Shown piece after piece: positions 51,556 through 59,933 of a stretch of DNA of 64,000 nt. Below the pieces are notes generated by a model. It was not told the origin of the DNA. It made no database searches and saw nothing but the letters and a program-made list of their open reading frames with translations. Within the stretch, counting starts at the first letter, position 1, and each line of letters opens with the position of its first letter. The position numbers were made by a program, and so were the translations under genes. Source of the stretch: a virus; the IMG/VR virus record IMGVR_UViG_3300044922_000409, positions 35,738 through 99,737 of that record. The stretch is one strand, 5' to 3'.

Positions 51556-52422
51556 TTAGTGTGATAAACTTTGCATTTGTTGTTGTACATCAGCTACATG
51601 TTTTTGTACGTCCGGATCACTGGTTTGACTAACAGATGCTAACAGGCTATTTAATTTAGCCATAATCGCAGCTTCACTGTTGTCAAATTGTGTCATATCC
51701 GGTGCTGCAGGTGCAGATGGTGCTGTCGGTGCTGTTGATGCTGCCGCCGGTTCATCAGATGGTTGATGTGATCTAGTATGATCTGCAGGCGTAGCACCTC
51801 CGCCATCAATACCTAGGTATTTTGCTTTTGCTGCGCGAGTTAATGGTCCTTCTTTACCGTCAAGTTCTAAATTTGCACCAAATTCATCATTTAAGAATTT
51901 TTGCAATTTTTGAACTTTTGGATCGCCTGTAAAATTAGCTTCTGGTTTAGCATCAGTTCCTGGTTTAACTTCTGGTTTAACTTCTGGTTTAACTTCTGGT
52001 TTAACTTCTGGTTTAACTTCTGGTTTAACTTCTGAGTCGTCTGACCATGGCATTGTTGGCATCGATGGCATCGATGGCATTTTTCCTGTATCAAGTGCAT
52101 GCATACCTGCAGCACCTGCTCCTGCAATACCAGCAACTGAAGTACGTCCACCCCATTTAGCTGCTGCTTTATCTGCATCGCTAGCTGCATTCCATGCACT
52201 TGCTGCGCCTTTGGGCTCTTTAAAACCTAAACCTCGTGCATAATTAAGTGCAGCAATTCCTTTACTTGCTAGCGATTCATTAGCTATTGATTCCATGTGT
52301 TCTTTCAATGAAGAAGACGCATATGTAGGAGTAGTTATTTCTGCAGTATGTGACGGATTGTCAATTAATGCCAATCGATCGCGTAATAAAGCAATTGATT
52401 CTGTTAATGTAGTTGGTTTCAT
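51556..52422 (-). CDS. Low-complexity protein with peptidoglycan-binding domain and EVKP repeats (putative virion-internal)
   Basis: VQKLQKFLN...LELDGKEGPLTRAA matches PG_binding_1. Confidence 0.7.
   Translation of the reverse strand: MKPTTLTESIALLRDRLALIDNPSHTAEITTPTYASSSLKEHMESIANESLASKGIAALNYARGLGFKEPKGAASAWNAASDADKAAAKWGGRTSVAGIAGAGAAGMHALDTGKMPSMPSMPTMPWSDDSEVKPEVKPEVKPEVKPEVKPEVKPGTDAKPEANFTGDPKVQKLQKFLNDEFGANLELDGKEGPLTRAAKAKYLGIDGGGATPADHTRSHQPSDEPAAASTAPTAPSAPAAPDMTQFDNSEAAIMAKLNSLLASVSQTSDPDVQKHVADVQQQMQSLSH
51961..52032 (-). repeat. 12-bp tandem repeat x6 (TGGTTTAACTTC) encoding (EVKP)6
   Basis: Read directly from the sequence. Confidence 0.95.
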
Positions 52423-53972
52423 ATTCTATTTTCTCGTATATAAGTTTTAATTGCTGCTCTAGTTAGCGGACCCATCTTGCCATCTGGCTCTAAATGTGCG
52501 CCTAGCGAATTTAAGTATTCTTGAAATTGTTTAACACCTAGTTTAGTTGCTGAAGTAGTCGCTGTATGCGCAGCAGGCACACTTGCAGCTGGTTTATCTA
52601 ACGGTGGCGGACTAGGCATTGCTGCAGTCGGAGGTGCAGCTTGAGGTGGTTTAATTGCTATATCTTTTTTACCCACATCTGACGGTTTTGCCGCAGTAGC
52701 TGGTAATTGTTGCGCACGAGCTTGATCCTTAGCTTTCTCCATATCTAATGTTCGACCGATATTTATTGCATCTAACCCTAATGATGCTGCAGTACCAATT
52801 CCGGGAACTAGCGATACTAAACCGGATGCTGCAGCAATACCTGAACCTAAATAATCACCTTCTTTTGCTCGATCATATGCATCATATGCACCATATGCTG
52901 CGCCTAAACCCGGGATGAGTTTAGAGCCAGCCTTTGCTAATGCAGCTTTTCCTACAGTAGGTGCAGCACTTTTTGTTGCAGAACCTGCTAATTTAGCCAT
53001 ATCTAGTGGGCTAGATTTTATAGCACTTTTTGCTGCAGCAGGTTTAAATTTGCTTGTGTCCATTGCGTTATACTTTGCATCGTTTACGCTCGCTGATGGC
53101 ATTGGACTAGATCCATCAGCGTACCCAAAAGCCTCTAATAGTGCATCTGCTACGCCGTTAAATGATTCATGCACTGCAGGTGTTGTAGGACGTGGAAGAT
53201 TTGCCATCATTGCATTTAATTGTGCCCCTTTGTTACCCATGCCTGCTGTTATATCTTTAAGTGACGAAGATGCTTGATTTAAGTAATTTGCAATATTAGG
53301 TGGCGGTGTATTTCCTGAATATTGGGTGCTATAGTTACCACTACCGTTAGCAGGAACAGGAACCCCATTAAACCCGGGCACTTTCATACCTTTAAGCATA
53401 TCAGGAACTTGTTGCATATTAAATCCAGGTGATTGCATATTGCCCTGACTTGCAAAATTAGGAGTAATTTGAGCTTGACCTGGTGTCTGTGACGTAACAG
53501 GTGCTGCACCTGCTGATGACATCGTAGCAGCAGCTCGTTTATTATGTAAATCAGTTAACTGTTTAAGTAACTCGTCAATTTGATGTAATTTATCAGCTAA
53601 TTCATTATGTTGTGTAGAAATAGCCGCACTTTGAGTTTTTAAGTTGGCATTAGCAGCATCGAACACTCTATTGTTATCGAACCAGCCTGCTTGTGGAAGT
53701 TTTGCATTTGGTGGAAGTAATCCAGCAGCTGATAATTTTTCAGCAACTTCAAATGGAACTTCATCATCTTCATCACCGTCTACATCAACAAAATTGCCAG
53801 TAACTGGATCAACTAATCCTTCAAGATTGTTATCTTTTGCTAGCTTTGCTAATAACGGTAATCGTACTTTATCGTCTTGTTCGTATCCAGTAGTAGCAGC
53901 TACTACTGCACTCAATGTTAAACCTTCATTTAACATATCTAGTTTATTCATTAATGTTCTAAAATCCATCAT
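52419..53972 (-). CDS. Putative virion-internal protein with a hydrophobic helical hairpin and C-terminal peptidoglycan-binding domain
   Basis: KLIPGLGAAYGAYDA..EGDYLGSGIAAASGLVSLVPGIG, and VKQFQEYLN..DGKMGPLTRAAI. Confidence 0.7.
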   Translation of the reverse strand: MMDFRTLMNKLDMLNEGLTLSAVVAATTGYEQDDKVRLPLLAKLAKDNNLEGLVDPVTGNFVDVDGDEDDEVPFEVAEKLSAAGLLPPNAKLPQAGWFDNNRVFDAANANLKTQSAAISTQHNELADKLHQIDELLKQLTDLHNKRAAATMSSAGAAPVTSQTPGQAQITPNFASQGNMQSPGFNMQQVPDMLKGMKVPGFNGVPVPANGSGNYSTQYSGNTPPPNIANYLNQASSSLKDITAGMGNKGAQLNAMMANLPRPTTPAVHESFNGVADALLEAFGYADGSSPMPSASVNDAKYNAMDTSKFKPAAAKSAIKSSPLDMAKLAGSATKSAAPTVGKAALAKAGSKLIPGLGAAYGAYDAYDRAKEGDYLGSGIAAASGLVSLVPGIGTAASLGLDAINIGRTLDMEKAKDQARAQQLPATAAKPSDVGKKDIAIKPPQAAPPTAAMPSPPPLDKPAASVPAAHTATTSATKLGVKQFQEYLNSLGAHLEPDGKMGPLTRAAIKTYIRENRI

Positions 53973-54558
53973 TTTCCTCCGGTGCCGGTTGATTAGGAAC
54001 TATTTCATCATAATCATGCATAGTTAATACATCTCCGGATTTACTTAATTCAATTAACCGCGAGGTAACATCATGTAAGTCCATGTCAGTTTGTGCATCT
54101 TCCCTAGCATATTCTAATATTCGAATTAATAACGGAATATCCATTGTTACTACATCTTTTGGGTTGTCTATAGATTCTACCGGACTACTATCCTGCATAC
54201 CAGGACCAGCGACTGATTTAAATCCTGGATTTAAATCAGCGGTTGCTACTGATTCTCCCATTATTTTGTATGCAATTTTACGAGCATACATATTTAGATC
54301 TACTTTTTTTGCATAGTATTCTTGCTCATGTTCTTCAGCAGCTTCGGCCATATATTGTTTAAGTAATGACGGTTTTGCAGGCTGTTTCTCATCTAGCTTA
54401 GTATAATGTTGCATAGCCATTTGAACAGGAAGTGCAACTTTATGTGGAGTAGAACCTTCGGTCACAATTGACATGAATTTCTTCATGTCATTTGCACTTT
54501 CTATAGGAGCAGATGTCTTAACAGAATCCATTGCCTGTAGAATCTTCTTCATATCCAT
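53959..54558 (-). CDS. Hypothetical protein (putative virion-internal)
   Basis: 199-aa ORF in the late block. Confidence 0.75.
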   Translation of the reverse strand: MDMKKILQAMDSVKTSAPIESANDMKKFMSIVTEGSTPHKVALPVQMAMQHYTKLDEKQPAKPSLLKQYMAEAAEEHEQEYYAKKVDLNMYARKIAYKIMGESVATADLNPGFKSVAGPGMQDSSPVESIDNPKDVVTMDIPLLIRILEYAREDAQTDMDLHDVTSRLIELSKSGDVLTMHDYDEIVPNQPAPEENDGF

Positions 54559-54560
54559 AA

Positions 54561-55820
54561 TTATCTAATTACTCGTGAAGTAATTTCTCTCAAACGGCTT
54601 AATTCAACTGATTCTTTAACTACTTCTTTTTCTTTAGAAGATTTAATAGCTTTATCAATCGAACCTTTGTGTTCTTCTTTACCCGATTCAATTTTGCCAT
54701 CACCGTCATAATCTTTATCAGCTTTTTCTTTAGCAGATTCTTTAATATTTTTCCACATTGCAGCAGCAGCAATTTTTTTACCTTTTTCCCCGCCACCTGC
54801 TTTAGAAGCTACTGTGTCAAAGTTTTTACCTGGTTTACCGATATCGCCACCTGCTTTAGCTTTTTTAACAACAGCTGATTTTTTCTCAGCTGACAGACCT
54901 GCACTTGGTTTTTTCTTAGCTTCGTAAACTGATTCGGTTTTAGATTTGCTAGCATATGGATTGCCTGTATCTTGACTATTAGTAGTTGATTTAGGTTTGC
55001 TGCATGAGTCTTCATCGACATCATCTTCTGGACGACGTCCGCCGGCTTGTTTACTTTTTACTTTATCTAATTCTTTTTTAAACGCATCGCCATTACCACT
55101 TTTCTTTTCGTCTTTTTTAGCAAATGGATTGCTACCTTTTTTATCAGCAACTGGACTTGGTTTTTTAACTGGAGTAATTGCTTCTTCTTCAAATTCTTCG
55201 TCGTCCGGAATACCGTTATTGTTTTTATCTAAACGTTTTGATGCAGCATGGTATGCTTTGGCTTGACGATTGTATTTTTCAACTTTTTGTTTTGTAGCTT
55301 CTGGAAGAGCTTTTTCAACCATACCGGAACCACCGCATTCGCCGCAGGTATGAGACATGCCTTCCTTAACTGTTTTAGTTTTGTCAAGTTTTTCAGCTTG
55401 ATCAATTTTAAGGGCAGCAAGGGTTTTCTTTGCTTCTAATAACGCATTTTTCATTTGTCTTTTTTGACTTTCTGAGTACATATCACTATTCTCTATCTTA
55501 TCGCCGTATTCACTGAATTTCATTTCGTATTCTAAATAATGGTAAACTGAAGAAATATAATCTGCAGCTTTGGTAATTTTTGCTTGTACCCAAGATTCGA
55601 ATTGGTCTTCATCTTCAATTTTTTTAAATAATTTAACGCTATATTTTGCTAACTTATATAAGTCAGCTTTAACCATTGCACCTTCATCATCGGCTTCGAT
55701 GTCGTGTGCGTCATGATGTAATTCGTTTGACGAAATATCAACGTTAGGTTCTGGTAAATCAAATTTTGGCAAATCTACTTCTAGATCTGCAAATTCTGAA
55801 AGATGTTTTCTGTTTTTCAT
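54561..55820 (-). CDS. Highly charged hypothetical protein (putative head-internal/core)
   Basis: Start moved to MKNRKH because of a GGAG RBS and upstream TAAATA. Lys/Glu-rich. Confidence 0.75.
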   Translation of the reverse strand: MKNRKHLSEFADLEVDLPKFDLPEPNVDISSNELHHDAHDIEADDEGAMVKADLYKLAKYSVKLFKKIEDEDQFESWVQAKITKAADYISSVYHYLEYEMKFSEYGDKIENSDMYSESQKRQMKNALLEAKKTLAALKIDQAEKLDKTKTVKEGMSHTCGECGGSGMVEKALPEATKQKVEKYNRQAKAYHAASKRLDKNNNGIPDDEEFEEEAITPVKKPSPVADKKGSNPFAKKDEKKSGNGDAFKKELDKVKSKQAGGRRPEDDVDEDSCSKPKSTTNSQDTGNPYASKSKTESVYEAKKKPSAGLSAEKKSAVVKKAKAGGDIGKPGKNFDTVASKAGGGEKGKKIAAAAMWKNIKESAKEKADKDYDGDGKIESGKEEHKGSIDKAIKSSKEKEVVKESVELSRLREITSRVIR

Positions 55821-55839
55821 GGTAAACTCCGTTATAGTA

Positions 55840-55845
55840 TATTTA
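55840..55845 (-). promoter_or_regulatory. T4-like late promoter core (TAAATA)
   Basis: 20 nt upstream of the ATG at 55820. It overlaps the upstream stop codon. Confidence 0.45.
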
Positions 55846-56094
55846 GCCTCTTTTAATACTTCCGCCGCCAAATAAGCTAACATTCATATTTAATGCATTA
55901 TCAGTTGGCTTTTGTTTTTTTGGTAACAGTTGCGGAGGTGCTTTAGTGCCACTTCCGGTGGCTACACTACCGGTGTATGATTTTTTTCCTCTAGCAGTTC
56001 CTGGACTTAAATGCGGGTTAACTACAGTTGCAATAGATGCAGCATTTGTTGCACCTGCTGATGCCATTTCTGATATAATTTCTCTAATTTTCAT
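55843..56094 (-). CDS. Small putative head-internal protein
   Basis: N-terminus MKIREIISE. Confidence 0.7.
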   Translation of the reverse strand: MKIREIISEMASAGATNAASIATVVNPHLSPGTARGKKSYTGSVATGSGTKAPPQLLPKKQKPTDNALNMNVSLFGGGSIKRG

Positions 56095-56348
56095 AACTTG
56101 TTACCCCATAATTCAAACCATGCAGGAGTTCCAGGGCGAATGTTGTTTTCACGTTGATATTTGCCGCGCTCATCACTAAATGATTGTTGATTTTGTTGAG
56201 CTCGATATTCGTGTAATCTAGCATTAGAGCCTAACCCGCCTAAGTGATGTGCAATTTTTAATTCGTGTATTGGATCGTCACTCGCAAGAAAACAGTCGTT
56301 AGGACTGTCTTGTAGTATGTTTTCAGTTGTTATTCTATATTGTTTCAC
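56091..56348 (-). CDS. Hypothetical protein
   Basis: 85-aa ORF ending IRPGTPAWFELW. Confidence 0.7.
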   Translation of the reverse strand: MKQYRITTENILQDSPNDCFLASDDPIHELKIAHHLGGLGSNARLHEYRAQQNQQSFSDERGKYQRENNIRPGTPAWFELWGNKL

Positions 56349-56351
56349 AAT

Positions 56352-56762
56352 CTAAATTCCGTATTTGTTTCTTTTAACTTTAGCAACAGGACTGGATACG
56401 TGAGTATCAGTATGTTCGGTACTATCTTTTGAAGTTAGTTTTTTACTTTTTAATCCTAGATTCTTTTTGCTATTATCAATAATTTTCTGTTCAACATCAG
56501 TATATGCAAGCGTTGCCATTTGATTACCGATCGGTCCTGCTGGATCATATGGATGATGTTCTTTTGGTCCACCTGCCATGTCAACACCAAATCTATACAT
56601 TGTATAATATGAGTTTGGGTCAGTATATGTTTCCATACCTTTTATTGCTGAATGATACTGATCAAGAACATTGCTTGACTTAGATGGTCTTTTTGTAGCA
56701 GACCCTTGACCTGCATTATTGCCGCCATCATCAGCTTCGTTTAATAATTCGTTTATTCTCAT
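56352..56762 (-). CDS. Hypothetical protein (paralog of 56764-57168)
   Basis: Likely start MRINELLNE. Contains YRFG..MAG...KVKRNKYGI. Confidence 0.75.
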   Translation of the reverse strand: MRINELLNEADDGGNNAGQGSATKRPSKSSNVLDQYHSAIKGMETYTDPNSYYTMYRFGVDMAGGPKEHHPYDPAGPIGNQMATLAYTDVEQKIIDNSKKNLGLKSKKLTSKDSTEHTDTHVSSPVAKVKRNKYGI

Positions 56763-56763
56763 A

Positions 56764-57168
56764 CTAAATCCCATACCTATTTCTTTTTACTTTAGCGGTA
56801 GGACTAGCTTTATGCACGTCTGATTGTTCAACTGACTTTTTAGAAGCAATTGATTTACTACTAATCCCCATTTGCTTTGCAGCAGCTTTCAATATGATTG
56901 CGTCGCCGTCAGTATACGACATTGTAATAAAATCCCCGCCATTTGGCCCAGATTTATCAGTTTTAGATTGAGGTGCACCTGCCATTGCAATACCAAATCT
57001 ATATGCGTTATATGGGTTATTATTGTTGTTTAACGCAGGCCATGCTTCTAAACCAGGGGCTGCATTAAGAGCGCCTTTTTGTAACTTACCCTCACGGATC
57101 ATAGTAGCTTGCATTTCATTTACTGCAATTTCTAATTCTAGTATATCTTCTTTTGTGTATCGTTTCAT
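56764..57168 (-). CDS. Hypothetical protein (paralog of 56352-56762)
   Basis: YRFGIAMAG...KVKRNRYGI. Confidence 0.75.
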   Translation of the reverse strand: MKRYTKEDILELEIAVNEMQATMIREGKLQKGALNAAPGLEAWPALNNNNNPYNAYRFGIAMAGAPQSKTDKSGPNGGDFITMSYTDGDAIILKAAAKQMGISSKSIASKKSVEQSDVHKASPTAKVKRNRYGI

Positions 57169-57171
57169 TAT

Positions 57172-58884
57172 TCATTCCGTTGTACATGTTAATCCCTCTC
57201 TAGTTGCTTGATATAATGTTTTACCAAATACTATGATATCATCAGTTACACCAGTTATTAGTTGGAAATTAAGTTTGTCACCTATTTTAGCATATTCGCG
57301 TGCTAACGTACCGCTAGCGTTATTAGTGGAATCAGTGCGATCTCCACTGCTAACAAATTTTAATACTACGTGTTCTCTACCATTCGGGCCTCGAGCATAA
57401 TCAGTAGTACGGGTAGGCCCGCTGTTCCAATTGTTAAGTGCAGCTTCTAAACTTCTACTTCCGGATCCTAATCTGTCACTACCTGCAACAAAAGTCATGT
57501 GTCGGTATCCTCTATCATACAACCAGCATGCAGCTTGCCATGGATCTCTAACATATTCAGTTACCATAAAATTAGAATAATCAGGATGAATCTTTTTGAT
57601 AAATTCAGTTTTAACTTCATAATCTAACGGATCACTCGATGGATCACATTTACTACTTGCAAATATGTACGCATGTTCTTTTCCAAGTTCTACAGTTTGT
57701 TGTATAACTTTTTTGTGGCCAATAGTAGGTGGATTCATTCTACCAAAACAAAAAGTTGCCATTGGCATTTTACTTTTTGTTTCAACCTCTTCAACTGATA
57801 CTGTATATTTAGAAAAGTTGGCGCGGCTAAATTCCAATCTATTAATAATTTTTAACTTGTTGTTACCCGCGCCTGTAACGTATCCTTCGTGACTTATATT
57901 ACTATTTATTATAGGTTGCACCGCACTGTATAGTTGTTGTTCATCAATTTGGTGTTTGATATCTAATTTAAGATTAGAAATAGCACTCCACATTTCCCAT
58001 AATCCTACTATACCTTTGTAAATATCTTTATGGAATTCTCCATTAGGATTGCATATTTTATTAATAACATTCTGTGTAAATCTTGGCTTAGCAAATTCTA
58101 TAAACCTAGGAACGATATTAGTCTCTAAATCTTCAGAGTTAATCATACTAGTAATAAATGGGCCTATTGCAGTAATTACGCTTTTACATTTAGTTGCTGT
58201 TAATTTAGCTATAAACGCGTCTACGTCGTTGCAATGTGCAGTAATTGCACTTTGCACAGCTTGTAATAATACGCTGTTTATAACAATATTTGGTTTGATA
58301 GTCATTTCAGTAGCGATAAACGTAATATCTTTACATTCTGAAAATCCATCAAAGCCGGTGATTGGCTCATCTTCTGCAGTCAAACCTGGGAAGAATGTAT
58401 GTACTGCAATACCGCCGACGCTGTTTGCAATTGATTTACCTAAGTCGCTATTATGCTTAACACGGTATTCAACTGTGTTAGGTTTAAAAACATATGAATT
58501 ATTAATGCTAGATGGCATCCCGGCCCATAACAAATCGCCCATGTAATAGGTATCAGTTACTGGTGGAATAATTTTTTCTAATGCAGGGAGTAAGATATCT
58601 TCTTTATCCCACAAGTCGCTACGAACAGTATTACGAGTATTGTCGTATTCTCTAATCGTAGAAAAGTTGAGTTTGCCAGCGGCAATTTGTTTGAACATGT
58701 GTTTGTCAACAAACACTAATTTACCATCTCTGTCTCGACCAAAAACTATAGCAGGAAATCCATCCCATTTAATAGTTAATGTGTTAGTGTTAAAAGAAAG
58801 ACTAGCTAGTTCATTAACTGCTCTGCGGGCTCCAGTTGATCCCTCGTTAATGATAAGATCTTCTGGGTGTGCAATTCCTGCCAT
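57172..58884 (-). CDS. DUF6267-like N-terminal domain fused to an HxGH cytidyltransferase-like domain
   Basis: HPEDL and KWDG in the N-terminal part. FGRMNPPTIGH, VAGSDR and ASGT.ARE in the C-terminal part. Confidence 0.75.
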   Translation of the reverse strand: MAGIAHPEDLIINEGSTGARRAVNELASLSFNTNTLTIKWDGFPAIVFGRDRDGKLVFVDKHMFKQIAAGKLNFSTIREYDNTRNTVRSDLWDKEDILLPALEKIIPPVTDTYYMGDLLWAGMPSSINNSYVFKPNTVEYRVKHNSDLGKSIANSVGGIAVHTFFPGLTAEDEPITGFDGFSECKDITFIATEMTIKPNIVINSVLLQAVQSAITAHCNDVDAFIAKLTATKCKSVITAIGPFITSMINSEDLETNIVPRFIEFAKPRFTQNVINKICNPNGEFHKDIYKGIVGLWEMWSAISNLKLDIKHQIDEQQLYSAVQPIINSNISHEGYVTGAGNNKLKIINRLEFSRANFSKYTVSVEEVETKSKMPMATFCFGRMNPPTIGHKKVIQQTVELGKEHAYIFASSKCDPSSDPLDYEVKTEFIKKIHPDYSNFMVTEYVRDPWQAACWLYDRGYRHMTFVAGSDRLGSGSRSLEAALNNWNSGPTRTTDYARGPNGREHVVLKFVSSGDRTDSTNNASGTLAREYAKIGDKLNFQLITGVTDDIIVFGKTLYQATREGLTCTTE

Positions 58885-58905
58885 ATTGGTACCTATATAA
58901 AAATG

Positions 58906-59280
58906 TTAAGTGTGATCGTAACTACCATCTTTCATATCGTTAGCTACATTGTCGTATATTTTTTTACAAACATCTTTCCAAACTTTAGGATCTAACTTAT
59001 CTGGTAATTCACGAATTGGATATTCTTTAGTATAACATTTATATCCAGCTGCAACTGCAGATTTAAAAATAGAACATGTAGTATCTTCATCTGCATTTAG
59101 CATATCTATGTATTTCATGATAGCAGGATGCAAATATTTACGATATACATCGTCGTCGTTGTTGAGATAAAATATTAAATCATCAGCTAGGTCAAAATCA
59201 ATTTCATTGCCATCGTCAGAGGGTTTAATAAATTCTTCACTGTTAAAGTGGGCACTTTCAAGTAATTCAGTAATACGCAT
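58906..59280 (-). CDS. Hypothetical protein (putative head-internal)
   Basis: N-terminus MRITELLES, with TAAATA upstream. Confidence 0.75.
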   Translation of the reverse strand: MRITELLESAHFNSEEFIKPSDDGNEIDFDLADDLIFYLNNDDDVYRKYLHPAIMKYIDMLNADEDTTCSIFKSAVAAGYKCYTKEYPIRELPDKLDPKVWKDVCKKIYDNVANDMKDGSYDHT

Positions 59281-59303
59281 AATTAAATTCCGGGTTATTA
59301 CTA

Positions 59304-59309
59304 TATTTA
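59304..59309 (-). promoter_or_regulatory. T4-like late promoter core (TAAATA)
   Basis: Minus-strand CATAAATA about 25 nt before the ATG at 59280. It heads the internal-protein block. Confidence 0.55.
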
Positions 59310-59312
59310 TGT

Positions 59313-59933
59313 TTAATGTACTATCCTATCGATTGTAAGTCGTATACCCGATAATTGTAGTTTAACAATTAACAGTGTATTTTCACCAGTAACATATACG
59401 TGTCCGCCGCCGTAGCTACCATTCTCATCAGACAACATATCTCTACAACTGTTAGTAATTTTTACTTTGTTAATAGCATCTGCCCATTCAATAAAATCAG
59501 TATAGGGTTTTTCAGTTTTACCTAATGTAAGGCGATATTCATAATCCATAGTTGGCATATATACTGCACCTTCTATTAAATTATCAGGCGGGATACTAAT
59601 ACTACGTACTCGATCACTGTTGATTTCACGTAATTTTATAATATCACTCCAATCATTTGTATAAATGGTTAAAGTTGGATATTCAATTCTAGTACAATAA
59701 TCTGATATAGTTAGTAACTCGGTATACAATGTGTTTGCTAATTCTAAATCATCTACTCGATATAAATATCGATTGGTTGAGGATAAGATAGCTGCATTTG
59801 TATTTTCAATGTCTAATCGAGATTTGTATTTAGAGGTATTGCTACCTCTAAATACATTACCAAACGCGCATACCAGCACGATATTGTACTGGTATTTTCG
59901 TTTATATAACTTTTTTGTAGTTTTAATTTTCAT
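59313..59933 (-). CDS. Hypothetical protein
   Basis: 206-aa ORF overlapping the end of clpA. Confidence 0.75.
   Translation of the reverse strand: MKIKTTKKLYKRKYQYNIVLVCAFGNVFRGSNTSKYKSRLDIENTNAAILSSTNRYLYRVDDLELANTLYTELLTISDYCTRIEYPTLTIYTNDWSDIIKLREINSDRVRSISIPPDNLIEGAVYMPTMDYEYRLTLGKTEKPYTDFIEWADAINKVKITNSCRDMLSDENGSYGGGHVYVTGENTLLIVKLQLSGIRLTIDRIVH

Noticed and set aside
51961-52032. Repeat array considered as CRISPR
   Set aside because: The 12-bp units are contiguous with no spacers and encode an in-frame EVKP repeat.
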